A stretch of 64,000 bases of DNA from Chiloscyllium plagiosum. Lineage: Eukaryota. Positions 48,842 to 61,791 of the stretch are shown in pieces. A program made the position numbers and the translations under genes. The stretch's first letter is position 1, and each line of letters starts with the position of its first letter. A model generated the notes under the pieces. That model did no database searches. It had not been told where the DNA came from and worked only from the letters and a program-made list of their open reading frames with translations. The stretch covers positions 69,181,845-69,245,844 of the forward strand of contig NC_057719.1 in NCBI RefSeq assembly GCF_004010195.1. The letters run 5' to 3'.

Positions 48842-49049
48842 TGTAACAATGTCAGCCAGGTGGATCTCATAGAATGAGTTTCCTGATTGGGGCTGTTAAC
48901 CTGCTCCAATCTGGGAGCCCTGGCTGACAGATAAGAACAGGGGTGTCAGACATCCTGTTCATTCAGAACGCTGGATCAGTGTCAAGGATTCTCCACATGT
49001 AAATAAAAGGTGAGTTGGTGACTGGATGCCAGCTTCTGGAGTTCTTTCA
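48842..49049 (+). mobile_element. Possible short solo LTR
   Basis: TGTAACA...TTTCA termini with internal AATAAA; no clear TSD. Confidence 0.4.
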
Positions 49050-49384
49050 GTGGTGAGTCACCTTGAATTGCTGCAGTCCTCATTCCAGAAGTGCAATGTT
49101 TTCAAAGATGTTTAAAATGAGATTAACAGAATAAAAATGGAAGCTCATGTTGATTCAAGTGATTTCAGAAAATTTTCAGGGATTTTCAGCATTGCATCCT
49201 TGAGAGAAACTTCTTGATTTCTGTATTTATCTGCACAGATCCTGATGCTAGAAATTACTGTCAGTTCTACAATTGGAAAGATAGTGACTGCTTACAGTTT
49301 TTGCATTACTGCAGTTGCAAATTCTAGGCCATTATGTTTAAACAGGACAGAATCAAAAAGGTTGGAATCCTAAAATTAACCAAT

Positions 49385-49940
49385 TGTACAGGACCTTAGT
49401 GTGACCACACTTGGAATATTGTGTGCATTTTGGTGTCCTGATCTGAAGGAGGATGATCTGGCCGTGGACGGAGTGCAATAAAGGTTTACCAGACTGACTC
49501 CTCTGCTGTCAGGGCTGGAGTATGAAGAGAGATTGGATTGGTTAAGTTAATATTCTCTGGAAGTTAGAAGAATAAAATGGGTTCTTGGAGAAACCTATAA
49601 AATTCTGACAGGACTAGACAGGGTAAATGCAGGAAGAATGTTCCCAATGAATGGGGGCGGGTCACAGTTTACAAATATGGGATAGGACATCTAGGACTGA
49701 GATAAGAAACTTCTTCAGAGAGAGAGAGTGGTGAGCCAGTGGAATTCTTGACCTCAGAAAGCAGTTGAGACCAAATAAGAAGAACATTTTCAAGGAGTTA
49801 ATGTAACTCTTAGGCCTAAAAGGACTAAAGGATATGGAGAAAAAGTGGGAAAAGGGTACCGAGTTGTATGATCGAGCCTGCTCCACCATCCAATACAAGC
49901 ACAGCTTAAGGGCCTCCTCCTGCTTTTACTTCCTATGTTT
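49385..49940 (+). mobile_element. CR1 3' fragment
   Basis: GTGTGACCACACTTGGAATATTGTGTGCA (V.PHLEYCV) and 3'UTR motifs. Confidence 0.75.
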
Positions 49941-50419
49941 CTGGAAGGTAATGGTAGTGTAAAATAGTGTTACTCTTTTAAACTTGTTGGTTTAAAATTA
50001 ATCTCCATTGCCAAGTATCTGACAAACATCAAGAATATTTCAAACACATTTTTAATTTTACTATTCATTGATTTTGAAACAACATTGTTTAAAAATATCT
50101 CTCCTGGACTACAGAACGGCTTAATATGGCTAAAGTGTGGCTTTTGGGGCTTTATAACATAATCATTTTAAATCACAGATTAATAAGTAGAGTTTGTGAT
50201 ATCAGCTTGTATTTGGCAATTAATGACCGAACACGTTGTTTCTGTATTGTGTATTCCGACAGATTTAAACCAGTGTTTGCTGTCCACTTAAACCTCCTCC
50301 CACCTTACTTCTAACCCTCATTAAAATGTGATTTGATTCTTTTTTTAACCTTAGATGGTAAGAATAAAAATAGGTAGACTGAATGAAATATGGACAGATA
50401 CAGATGGTGGGAAAGAAGG

Positions 50420-50612
50420 ATAATAAGGTGGATGGATGGACTGATTGAATGATGAACACACGGATGGAAGGATAGGCAGACAGAATGAAAGGTGGATGGA
50501 ATGAGGATGGGTGAAATGATGAGTGGAAGGAATGACTAGCAGATGGTCAGAAAGATGGACTGAATGACGTATGGACATATGGAAAGATCGAATTACGATG
50601 GAATGAATCAAT
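50420..50612. repeat. Degenerate (GATG/GAAT)n simple repeat
   Basis: Purine-rich GGATGGATGG/GAATGA units. Confidence 0.65.
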
Positions 50613-50621
50613 CAGCTAAAT

Positions 50622-50782
50622 CAAACAACCAAAGAACTGCAGATGCTAGGAATCAGTAATAAAAATTTGAGTCCTTGAGTTCTGAAGAAGGGTCAGTCGA
50701 ACCAAAGGGTTAACTCTGCTTTCCCTCCACAGATGCTGCCAAACCTGCTGTGTTTTTTCCAACAATTTCGGTTGTTGATTTT
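50622..50782 (+). mobile_element. Family C hammerhead-type element, decayed
   Basis: GAGUU-CUGAAGA-AGGGUC...AAAG-GG-UU-AACUC (50677-50716): stem I GAGUU/AACUC kept, GAAA lost; a related decayed copy lies on - at ~3585-3690. Confidence 0.6.
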
Positions 50783-53387
50783 AATCATTCAGTTCATTGC
50801 CTGAGCAGTATCTGCTAATATATAATTGTTCATAAATACGTAATGCTGGAAATGAACATCAATTTTCAAGTGAAGCACAAAACATATTCACACTTTGTCA
50901 GCTTTTAATTAGCTTTCCTAAAATAATTTGAAAACTTTTTTAAAATGTTGGCAGAGGTCAAATAAACTTTGTCTAGTTTCTTTCACTGCTATAGCTCCTA
51001 CAATCATCTGAACTCTTCAGTGAAACTGTAGCCTGTTGACTGATCTGAATGATTCATAGTTTAGCTTTATTAAAATCACCAGAAGTTTCTTTGTAGGTGA
51101 AGGGAAATAGTATGAGATTTGCTCTAGCGTCTATTTATGCTTATCGCTTCAAGGCTGGTTAGTGGCATCTGTGGGTTTTGTTACAAGCAGATGTGCAAGG
51201 CTTATGATCCACTGTGGTTAATGTAAAAAAATAAATCCCTTCAAATCACAGAAGGTCCATCGAAGGCTAACGTTTAAAAAAAATTGGTTGAGACAATCAG
51301 TATATATTCAATACTGTATTATTGTCGTTAATCATAGCTACATTTAAAATTGAGGCAAATTAGTATTGTAAAGGTGATCTGTCTTAGCTGGGTTAAATTT
51401 GCAGAGAACGCTGTTCAAAATACTTTCATCTGTTTTCTATTTGATCATCAGCACGATTACAGCATGATGTTGGTCTCTGATCATAATGATGGTGACTGAT
51501 TTTGTAATTGTATTTTCTCTTTTTAACTGAACTGTATGCTTTTTTGAAGACATTTCTGGCTAGATTAGAGCAGCTTGAAACACCGTGAGCTGGGTCAATG
51601 TGCTGGACAAGTTTTTAATTTCTGATGTGAAGTGGTATCACTCCATGAGCTGTAATGGAAATCCAATAATTCATACAACATTTAGAGCTAAGCCATCAGA
51701 CTTTCAGCACCTCAAGATGCATGAGACAGACAAAGCACAAGCTTATGTCCACTTGGAAGATTTACCTGAAAGAAGTAATTGACCTGTTAACAGAGTCTAG
51801 GGTGGGGCCCTTTCCATGTGAAGTGTGGGTGACTAGGAGCCTCTCCCATTCTTACTGTATGCCTTGGGTGTACTGAAAGGCTTTGAAAGAATGTGTGAAG
51901 TGTTTTGCAGTTTCTCATCTGCATGTTTTAGGTGAGCACTTGCTTAAGAAGTGATTGGATGTGGCAGTTCATGCCTTAAAATTAGTTCCCCTGTGTTCAA
52001 AGCTATATTGGCACATAGTTGCCAGTTAGAGTATATTTTCAACTGGTTGACTTCAGGAAGAAGTGAAGTCTCTGTTTTGTGCATGAATTATTCTATTGGT
52101 TATATAAATGATTCTTGGGAAATATATATGGTCCACAGTTGAGTTGTGAGAATCTATTTTCTACAGATAAATTAAATTCATTCAGTACAGTTTCTACTAA
52201 TTGTGAAAAATAAGACTTAAAATGTAAAAAAGATTGCAATGTGTTATTTTCCCTTCAGAAGCTAAATAATAAAACTAAAATTCTGCATAATGGACCCTTG
52301 TGCAGTGGTAGTATCCCTACCTCTGACCCAGAAGATTCAACTCCCTAGTGATGTATTTCATAACATGTCTGAACAGGTTGATTAAAAATTGTTGTGCATA
52401 TCTGTTTTAGTCTATATATCTAAATCTTGTATCACTTATTTTCATATCAATCTTCTCAGTGCATTTTCTTAATAGTTTTTTAAAATTGTCACTCTGACAA
52501 TATCTTACCCATTTACCAGTAGATTGAAAATAAAGTTTGGGCTGTAGGTTAACTGCATTAGTAAACATGGTTCTCTAAAAGGTAATCCAAATCAAAATGC
52601 TAAAAGGCTTTCTCAGTGGGAGTTGTGAATCATCTGTTAGCAAAGTAAAATTATGGAATAGTAAAATCAAAAGTGAGGGGTAGAAAATACTGGTATACAA
52701 GCATGAACTGTTCAAATAACACACTGCAATGATTACCCAACTGTATGTCACCATGATAGTGGTAATAGTTTTATTAATGGTAAATAGTTTGTTGCAGAAA
52801 ATCTTTTGCTGGTACTCTTAGTCAGTGATTTCTGTCTGTAAGTGAACAGATCGACAAATAGAGTAATTAAAAACAAGCAAATGTCCCTGGTTAAGATAAT
52901 ATTTGACAATGCTGTTTCCACTTAATATTGCTGTTAAGAAAAAAAATGATTTGCACTGAAACTTAGTAAAACAGATGGAAAATTAAATTTGGTAAATTGT
53001 TGATGGTGACTGTTATTGCTCTGTACATTAGCCAATGTCTGCAAATGTGAGACAAGCATCTAGTGTCTGTTCTTAATATTGTTTAAAAAACATTACACTG
53101 ATTAGAACATCCTGTACTAGATAAAAATCGAGACATGATCTAAGAAGCAAGAAGTCAAAATGTGGTCAAGTTACTGCTTTAGCTTTTTTCTAATTGCATA
53201 ATGTAGTTTTTCCCAAAAAGGATGAGATTTTCAACTTGATACTCAGCTTGTGACATTGTCATTGTAGATGTAGCAACCAATTTTCTATGATTTAAAGCAG
53301 ATGAAATTCAGACAGTTTTTACTGGGGAGCTGGTCTTCAACACTAGTTTTATATTTGGGCATTATTTTGAAAATCAACTACAAGAAC

Positions 53388-53587
53388 GATTCGGAGATGC
53401 CGGTGTTGGACTGGGGTGTACAAAGTTAAAAATCACACAACACCAGGTTATAGTTCAACAGGTTTAATTGGAAGCACACTAGCTTTCGGAGCGACGCTCC
53501 ACCTGATGAAGGAGCGTCGCTCCGAAAGCTAGTGTGCTTCCAATTAAACCTGTTGGACTATAACCTGGTGTTGTGTCATTTTTAACT
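53388..53587. mobile_element. 200-bp fold-back element (family B) with intact hammerhead at 53500-53534 (+)
   Basis: 12-bp TSD AACTACAAGAAC (53376-53387 and 53588-53599); 77-bp arms 53424-53500 / 53511-53587 with 2 mismatches. Confidence 0.9.
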
Positions 53588-53789
53588 AACTACAAGAACC
53601 TTTTTGATTTTCAAAACAAAATTGTTCAGAAGAATGTTTCAAAAAAAATAAGCATTGTTCTGGTACTTGTTAAAACTTGTGGTGTTTACAGATTATTTTG
53701 AAATCTTATAATAGTTTATGGGTCTCTTAAACTTGCCTGCAGGAATAGGTTCCTCTCCCCTCAGGTATCCACGATTATTGTGGTAGTTA

Positions 53790-56268
53790 ATCACATTTGT
53801 TAGAGTCAGATTCTGAAGGGAGAATACAGAGAAGTAGGCAGGAATTTAAAAAGGAGTTCCTCAAATGTAGCAATATCTGGATTACTTCCAGTGCTTGAGC
53901 TAGTGAGGGTAGGAATAGGAGGAAAGAGCAGATGAATGCATGGCTGAGGAGCTGGTGTATGGGAGAAGGATTCACATTTTTGGATCAAGGTAGGATTAAT
54001 AAATTAAACTGCATTTATTTCAATGCAAGGGGCCTAACAGGGAAGGCAGATGAACTCAGGGCATGGTTAGGAACATGGGACTGGGATATCATAGCAATTA
54101 CAGAATCATGGCTCAGGAATGGGCAGGACTGGCAGCTTAATGTTCCAGGTTACAAATGCAACAGGAAGGACAGAAAGGCAGGCAGGAGAGGAGGGGGAGT
54201 GGCAATTTTGATAAGGGATAGCATTACAGCTGTACTGAGGGAGGATATTTCCAGAAATACATCCAGGGAAGTTATTTGAGTGGAACTGAGAAATAAGAAA
54301 GGTTTGATCACGTTATTGGGATTGTATTATAGACCCCCCTAATAGAGGGAAATTGAGAAATAAATTTGGAAGGAGATCTCAGTTATCTGTAAGAATAATA
54401 GGGTGGTTATGGTAGGAGATTTTAACTTTCCAAACATAGACTGGGACTGCCATAGTGTTAAAGGTTTAGATGGAGAGGAATTTGTTAAGTACAAAATATT
54501 TTCTGATTTAGTATGTGGATGTACCTATGAGAGAAGGTGCAAAACTTGACTTACTCTTCGGAAATAAGGCAGGGCAGGTGACTGAGGTGTCAGTGGGGGA
54601 GCACCCTGTGGTTAATGACCATAATTCTATTAGTTTTAAAGTAGTGATGGAAAAGGGTAGTCCAGATCTAAAAGTCAAAGTTCTAAATTGGAGGAAGGCT
54701 AATTTTGATGGTATTAGACAAGAACTCCCAAAAGCTGATTGGGAGTTCGCCTAAAGGGACTGCTGGAAAATGGGAAGCCTTCAGAAATGAGATAATGAGA
54801 GTCCAGAGAAAGTATATTCATGTTCAGGTGAAAGCAAAGGCTGATAGGTATAGAGAATGACTAGAGATATTGAGGGTTTGCTTAAGAAAAAGAAGGAAGC
54901 ATATGTCAGGTGTGGACAGGACAGATTGAGTGAATTCTTAAGAGTATAAAGGCAGTGGGAGTATACATAAGAAGGAAATCAGGAGGGCAAAAAGGTGACA
55001 TGAGATAGCTTTGGAAAATAGAATTAAGGAGAACCCAAAGGGTTTTTACAAATTCAGTAAGGACAAAAGTGTAACTAGGGAGAAAATAGGGCCCCTCAAT
55101 GATCAGCAAGACAGCCTTTGTGTGGAGCCGCAGGAGATGGTGATGATACTAAATGAGTATTTTGCATCAGTGTTTACTGTGGAAAAGGACAGGGAAATAG
55201 ATGGTGACATCTTGAAAAAACATCCATATTACAGAGGAGGAAATGATCGAGGTCTTGAAATGCAAAAAAGTGAATAAATCCCCAGGATCTGATCAAGTGT
55301 ACCCTGGAACTCTATGGGAAGCTCGGGAAGTGATTGCTGGGCCCCTTGCTGAGATATTGATATCATAGATAATCATAAATGAGGTGCCGGAAGACAGCAA
55401 ACAAGGTTACCTCAGATTACAACGTGATCTTGATCAGATGGGCCAATGGGTTGCAAAGTGGTAGATGGAGTTTAATTTAGGTAAATGCAAGATGCTGTAT
55501 TTTGGGAAAGCAAATCAGAGCAGGACTTACACCTTAATGGTAAGGTCCTAGGGAGTGTTGCTGAACAAAGAGACCTTGGAGTGCAGGTTCATAGCTTCTT
55601 GAAAGTGGAGTTGCAGGTAGATAGGATAGTGAAGGAGGTATTTGGTATGCTTTCCTTTATTGGTCAGAGTACAGGAGTTGGGAGGTCATGTGGCTGTACA
55701 GGACATTGATTAGGCCAGTTTTGGAATATTGCATGCAATTCTGGTCTCCTTCCTATCAGAAGGATGTTGTGAAGCTTGAAAAGATTCAGAAAAGACTTAC
55801 AAGGATGTTGCCAGGGTTGGAGAATCTGAGCTATAGCGAGAGATTGAATAGGCTGGGGTTGTTTTCCCTGGAGCATCAGACGCTGAGGGGTGACCTTATA
55901 GACGCTTATCAAATCATGAGTGGCATGGATAGGATAAATAGACAAAGTTTTTTCCCTGGGCTGTGGGAGTCTAGAACTAGAGGACATAGGTTTAGGGTGA
56001 GGGGGGAAAGATACGAAAGAGACCTAAGGGGAAACTTTTTCACGGAGAGGGTGGTACATGTGTGGAATGAGCTGCCAGAGGAAGTGATGAAGGCTAGGAC
56101 AATTACAACATTTAAAAGGCATCTGGATGGGTATCTGAATAGGAAGGGTTTGAAGGGATATGGACCGGGTGCTGGCAGATGTGATTAGATTAGGTTGGCA
56201 TATCTGGTCGGCATGGACGAGTTGGACCGAAGGATCTGTTTCCATGCAGTTTCTATGACTCTATGACT
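53790..56268 (+). mobile_element. CR1 LINE with ORF1 end, APE endonuclease and internally deleted RT
   Basis: LNCIYFNARGL...IIAITESWL, GGGVAILI, GDFNF; jumps from EVPED to SKQGYLRLQRDLD at ~55395; CTATGACTCTATGAC tail. Confidence 0.92.
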
Positions 56269-58311
56269 TATCTTTGAAATTTCTTTACTTCTGTTCTGTC
56301 CATAGAAATATGGACATTTTGCAGTGAAACAAAATGTGCATGTTTGGAAAATTAAGATTGCTATTTCTAGAAATCGATCAAATATCTTTTTTTATACATT
56401 TACCCTGAACAGCTCTGGGATTCCTGGAGTAGGCTATGCCTGTAAATTATTTGTGAGGTCTAAAGCAATTTATTGAAATTATTTTAACTAAATTCTAAAC
56501 TAAATTGGGGCAGCACATTTAATTTGGATGAGTGAAAGAAATTTGCCTGAACCACAAGCAAATTGACATAGAATAGTCAGATCAGTGAGATGTGGAAGAA
56601 ATAGGTTTCAATTTAGAGAGTACTAAGCTTTGTCATTGGCTCGACAAGAGCTACCTTCATCTGAACTGCACTGGGATGAATGTCCTGGTAAATTGTATAA
56701 TTAAGCTTGTAGAGAGTACTTTAAAATGAATAGGAGATGGTTAGGGGTATGGACATGGGTGGAGTGAATGTTACATGAAGGGAAATTTGGAAAGTTAAAG
56801 AATATGAATTTGACAACAGAGGAGGATAGCAATATTGATAGTACTAACCAGCATGCACCAGAAGCGACTGATTGTAGAAGCGCAAGTGCTCAGCAAAAAA
56901 AAGTTAGTTCAGGGATAAATAGTGAAAAGACAGAATTGAGGGCACTCTGTGTGCGTGCAGCATGTGTAACGTGAATTGATGCTAAAAATAGAAGTAAATG
57001 AATAAGACAATTTTGTTCGAGTTCATTAATGATCAGCCAGGTGGATAAAGGGGCACCATTAGTCATAAATTTGATGTATTCAATAAGGGATCAGACAAAC
57101 AATATAAGGAGATCAGTGTTGGGGGATATGATAGAGGATTGATTAACTAATAGGAAACCATTGGAATAAATTAATCACTTTCAAGTTGACAAACTACTGA
57201 GTGGAGTACCACAGGGATTAGTACTGAGACCTTAACTATTTATGACCTGTATTAATCACTTGGATTAATGGGCCAACCTCATTATAGCCAAATGTCCAAA
57301 TAAAGTCAGTTGAGGAGGATACAAGAGTCTGTAGTGGGTTACAGGTTAAATGAATGGGTTGAAAAATTACATGGAGTACAATGTGGGAAAATGTGACTCT
57401 TTCTATTCTTCCCATCAAAATGGACAAGCAGAATATAAATTAAATGGAGGAAATCACAGAACGTTCAGTGCAGAAGGATCTGGGTGTTCTTGTACATAAA
57501 TCAAAGTGAGTATGTAGTTACAGCAATAATTTGGAAATCAAAAGTAGTGGCATTTAATTCAAGAGGATTGGAGTATAGAATTAGTATCTATGGTACAACT
57601 GTACAGAGTATTGGTGAGACCATACTTAAAGTAGTGCATATACCTGCATTGGGAGAAGTTCAGAGAAGGGCCACATCCTTCCTGAAGTATGGTGTGTAGA
57701 ATTGTACATAGTACTTCAGCTGAGGTCCAACTTGTATCTACTGCAAGTCCAACACAACTTCCTTTCTCTTGTACTATGTGCACCATAAATAAGTCGAGAT
57801 TAATATATGCTTTATTCACAGTGTGTGTATATATATTTCTTTCTGCATCTTTACATTTGTGCCCCTTTGGTGTATATAGTTATTTTAATGTATATTTTAA
57901 GATGTATCACCTTACACTTCTCTAAACTTCATTTTCCACCTATCGAACCACTCCACCAATCTGTTAGCATTGTTTTGAAGTTCTGCACCATCCTCCTTAC
58001 AGTTCATAATTCTTCCAAGTTTTTAAGTTGTCCCTGCACATCAGGGTAATCAGTTGACTGACTGACCCCTACATCATCTCTGACAACAAATTGGCTTTAT
58101 TGTGACATGTACAGTGAAAAGTTTACAAGTCATCACTTAGGCCACCAACTTAGGTACAAAGGTACCGAGGTGCATGTTATTTAGTCCATGTTTTTAAGGG
58201 AAACAATTTTAGAAAATAAAATGTACAGTAGATTGTATCAAGGAATTAGAAAATAATGCATATCAGGAATTAAAGATCCTAATACTGAACCCTATGGAAT
58301 AAATACTCCAG

Positions 58312-59670
58312 CCCATGAGGAAGTTGAACAGTTCATCAACTTCACCAACACATTCCTCCCCAACCTTAAATCCACCTGGACCATCTCAGGCACCTCCCTC
58401 CCTTTCCTGGACCTCTCCATCTCCATCAATGGGGACCAACTCAACACTGATATCTTCTACAAACCCACCAACTCCCACAGCTACCTGTACGACACCTCCT
58501 CCCACCCTGCCTCCTGTAAAAATGCTATCCCTTTTTCCCAATTTCTCTGCCTCTGCCACATCTGCTCCCAAGAGGGCCAATTCCACCAGAACACACCAGA
58601 TGGCCTCCTTTGTTAAAGATTCCCTTGATTTGACTGAAGAGTACTCTCCCTAGACTTCGAGAGATGACAATTTCCCATCCCACCTGGTTGATGATGCCTG
58701 CCAGCACATCTCATTCACTTCCTGTACCTCCGCCCTTGAACCCCACCCCTCTAACCATAACAAGAATAGAATCCTCTTCTTCCTCACCTTTTACCCCACC
58801 AACCTCCGTATACATCATGTCTTCCTCCACCATTTCTGCCACCTACAAACAGACCCCACCACTAGAGATGTATTTCCCTTCCTACTCCTTTCCACTTTCC
58901 ATAAAGACTGGTCCCTCTGCGACTCCCTCGTCCCAACCAACCAACCTACCCTCCACTCCCGGCACCTACCCCTACCACCGCAGGAATTGCAAAACCTACG
59001 CCCACATCTCCCCCCTCACCTCCGACCAAAGTCCCAAAGGAGCCTTCCATATCCATCAAAGTTTCACCTGCACACACTCTCAATGTGGTCTCCTCCACAT
59101 TGAAGAGACAGGACGCCTGCTTGCAGAATGCTTCAGAGAACATCTCCGAGGCACCTGCACCAACTAAATCAACCCCACTGCTGCGTGGCTGAATACTTCA
59201 ACTCCCCCTCTCACTCTGCCAAGGACATGCAAGTCCTGGGCCTCCTCAATCGCCACTTCCTAACCAGCTGATGCCTGGAGGAAAAACGCCTCTTCTGGAC
59301 CCTCCAACCCCATGGCATCAATGTGGATTTCACCAGTTTCCTCATTTCCCCTCCCCCCACCTTAACCCAGATCCAACTTTCCAAGTCGACACTGCCCCCG
59401 TGACCTGTCCTACCTGTCCATCTTGCTTCCCATCTATCCACTCCTCTCCAACCTATCACCAATACCCCCACCCCCTCTAACTATTGCACTCTCAGCTACC
59501 TTCCCCCCCATCCCCACCTCCTCCCATTTATCTCTCCACCCCCAAGGCTCCCAGCCTCATTCCTGAATGTTGATTTTCCTGCTCCTCGGATGCTGCCTGA
59601 CCTGCTGTGCTTTTCCAGCTCCACACTCTTGACTCTCATCACCAGCATCTGCATTGCTCACTTTCGCCTC
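58312..59670 (+). mobile_element. Penelope-like (Neptune-type) retroelement 3' half: RT thumb, GIY-YIG, family A tail
   Basis: LPFLDLSI..DIFYKPTNSHSYL..SSHPASCKNAIPFSQFL; CGLLHIEETGRLLAECFREHL; TLQPHGINVDF; ends in the family A tail with the hammerhead core deleted (CATTCCTGAATGTTGATT). Confidence 0.9.
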
Positions 59671-60150
59671 TTAACCAACATAGACAACCCTGACTGATAA
59701 CTGACAAGATGTCTGACTAATATCTGTACAGCTATCTGACTAGACTTCCTGCAACTCCCAGTCTATAACCCACTCCCTGTGCTGTACTGCAACAGACCCC
59801 CTGACCATGGCTGCCCTGAAAAGTGAACACAACATATTCAAGCCCTGAGATCATATCAGATACCACCCTTGACTCATTGTTCTGGACCTTGATTTGATTG
59901 AAGTGTACTCCCCCTGCACTTTGAGAGATTGTCTTTTCCTTGAAGCACATGTAGTGTGTTTGTTGCTTTTGCTGCTGCTATAATGGTACAAACACAAGAT
60001 TAATGTAGAATTGAGCTGTCATTCATCATTGTTGTAAAATGGGGATTTTGCTCTTGATCAAGACGTTACTAGATGACCATCTCAAGCAGTTTTATCAACT
60101 TTCCTCACCATGGTCTACATCAGGGAAAATTGTGCCCTGTCTTTATTGAT

Positions 60151-60957
60151 CAGGAGTCACATAACACCAGGTTATAGTCCAACAGGTTTATTTGAAATCA
60201 CAAGCTTTTTGAGTGCTGCTCCTTCATCTGATAGTCACTCCACCTAATGAAGGAGCAGAGCTCCAAAGCTTGCAATTTCAAATAAGTCTGTTGGACTATA
60301 ACCTGGTGTCATACAGTCCTACAGCATGGAGACAGACCCTTCGGTCCAACTGTTCCATGCTGACCAAAATGGCCATCCACACTAACCCCATTTCCCTGCA
60401 CTTGGTCCATATCCTGATGAAGGGCTCCTGCCTGAAATGTCAATTTTCCTGCTCCTCAGATGCTGCCTGACCTGCTGTGCTTTTCCAGCACCACTCTCTA
60501 ATCTTGACTCTGATCTCCAGCATCTGCATTCCTCACTTCGCCATATCCTTCTAAACCTTTCCAATCCATATATTTATCCAAATGCCTTCTAAATGTTAAT
60601 GTACCCTCAACCTCAACCACTTCCCCTGGCAGCTCATTCCATATGCTTATCACCCTCTGTGTAAAAAACAAATGTTCTCCCACAGATTCCCTTTTAGTTT
60701 TTCCCCTCTAACCTCAAATTGATGCCCTCTAGTCCTCGATTCCCTAACCCTGGGAAAAAGACTGAGTGCATTCACCCAATCCATGATCTTATACACTTCT
60801 ATAAGATTCCCCTTCAGTCTCCTATACTTTGAAGAAGTAAATCTTATCTTGTCCAACCTCTCCCTATAACTCCGGTCCTTGAGTCCTGACAACTTTCTTG
60901 AAGTCATGTGACTTCTGATCTTGTCTATGCCAGTCCAACACCAGCACCTCCACACCA
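60151..60957. mobile_element. Three-level nest: family B fold-back element > CR1 3' end (-, ~60311-60902) > family A mini-element (+, 60416-60540)
   Basis: Outer TSD TCTTTATTGAT (60140-60150 and 60958-60968); inner TSD CCATATCCT (60407-60415 and 60541-60549). Confidence 0.85.
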
Positions 60958-61586
60958 TCTTTATTGATGGCCAGTATTGCTGCCAGCTTTCCTAAGCGTA
61001 ACTAAAACTGCTTAGAAACAGCACCCAGTAGGTTTAAGAAGACCAATTCAATGAGGCTACACTGGTACAAACATGTATGGTAATTCAAGCCCTCAACTCT
61101 CATGCCCAACTAACGTGATTTGCTGGCCTGATGTAAGGACATGCTGTGGCCAGGGCCAAATGATACCTCATCTTATATACAAAATTCAGGTGAGACTCCA
61201 ACTTCACACCTCAAAGGTTCAGTGGAGCTGACCTGCTTTGGGAATGTCTCTTAAAGCAAATTGATAAAAGTATAGAACATCCTGTTGATTTATTTCTCCA
61301 TCTTTATGTCCCTTTGCCAGAACTGTCTGTTTTCACATCTACATTTTCCTGAAGTATTTCCATTTACTGCAGAAATCGAAACTTGCTGCATTGTTAATTA
61401 CTAATTTACTAACTTCCATTTACTAACAACCGTCATTAATAGTTACAAATTCACCTGGTACTGTCTCCGATGGAACAATAAAATTTGTCCAATTGCAAAT
61501 TGCATTAAACGCTTGCCTTTCAAAGGGAAATTAGATTTCTTACAAATGGACCACTCTCCTAGGCTGGATGGCACTGTGTGTACCTG

Positions 61587-61791
61587 AGTTGAGAGTGTGT
61601 TGCTGGAAACGTACAGCAGGTCAGGCAGCATCCGAGGAGCAGAAAAATCGACGTTTCGGGCCAGAGCCCTTCATCAGGAATGATTCTGAAACATCGATTT
61701 TTCTGCTCTTCGGATGCTGCCTGACCTGCTGTGCTTTCCAGCAACACACTCTCAACTCTGATCTCCATCATCTGCGGACCTCACTGTCTCC
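61587..61791. mobile_element. Family A fold-back element with core-intact hammerhead on - (61646-61681)
   Basis: Arms ~61587-61657 / ~61688-61758; AUUC-CUGAUGA-A-GGGC UCUG GCCC-GAAA-CG-UC-GAUU; imperfect flanking repeat CACTGTGT..A.CTGAG. Confidence 0.85.
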
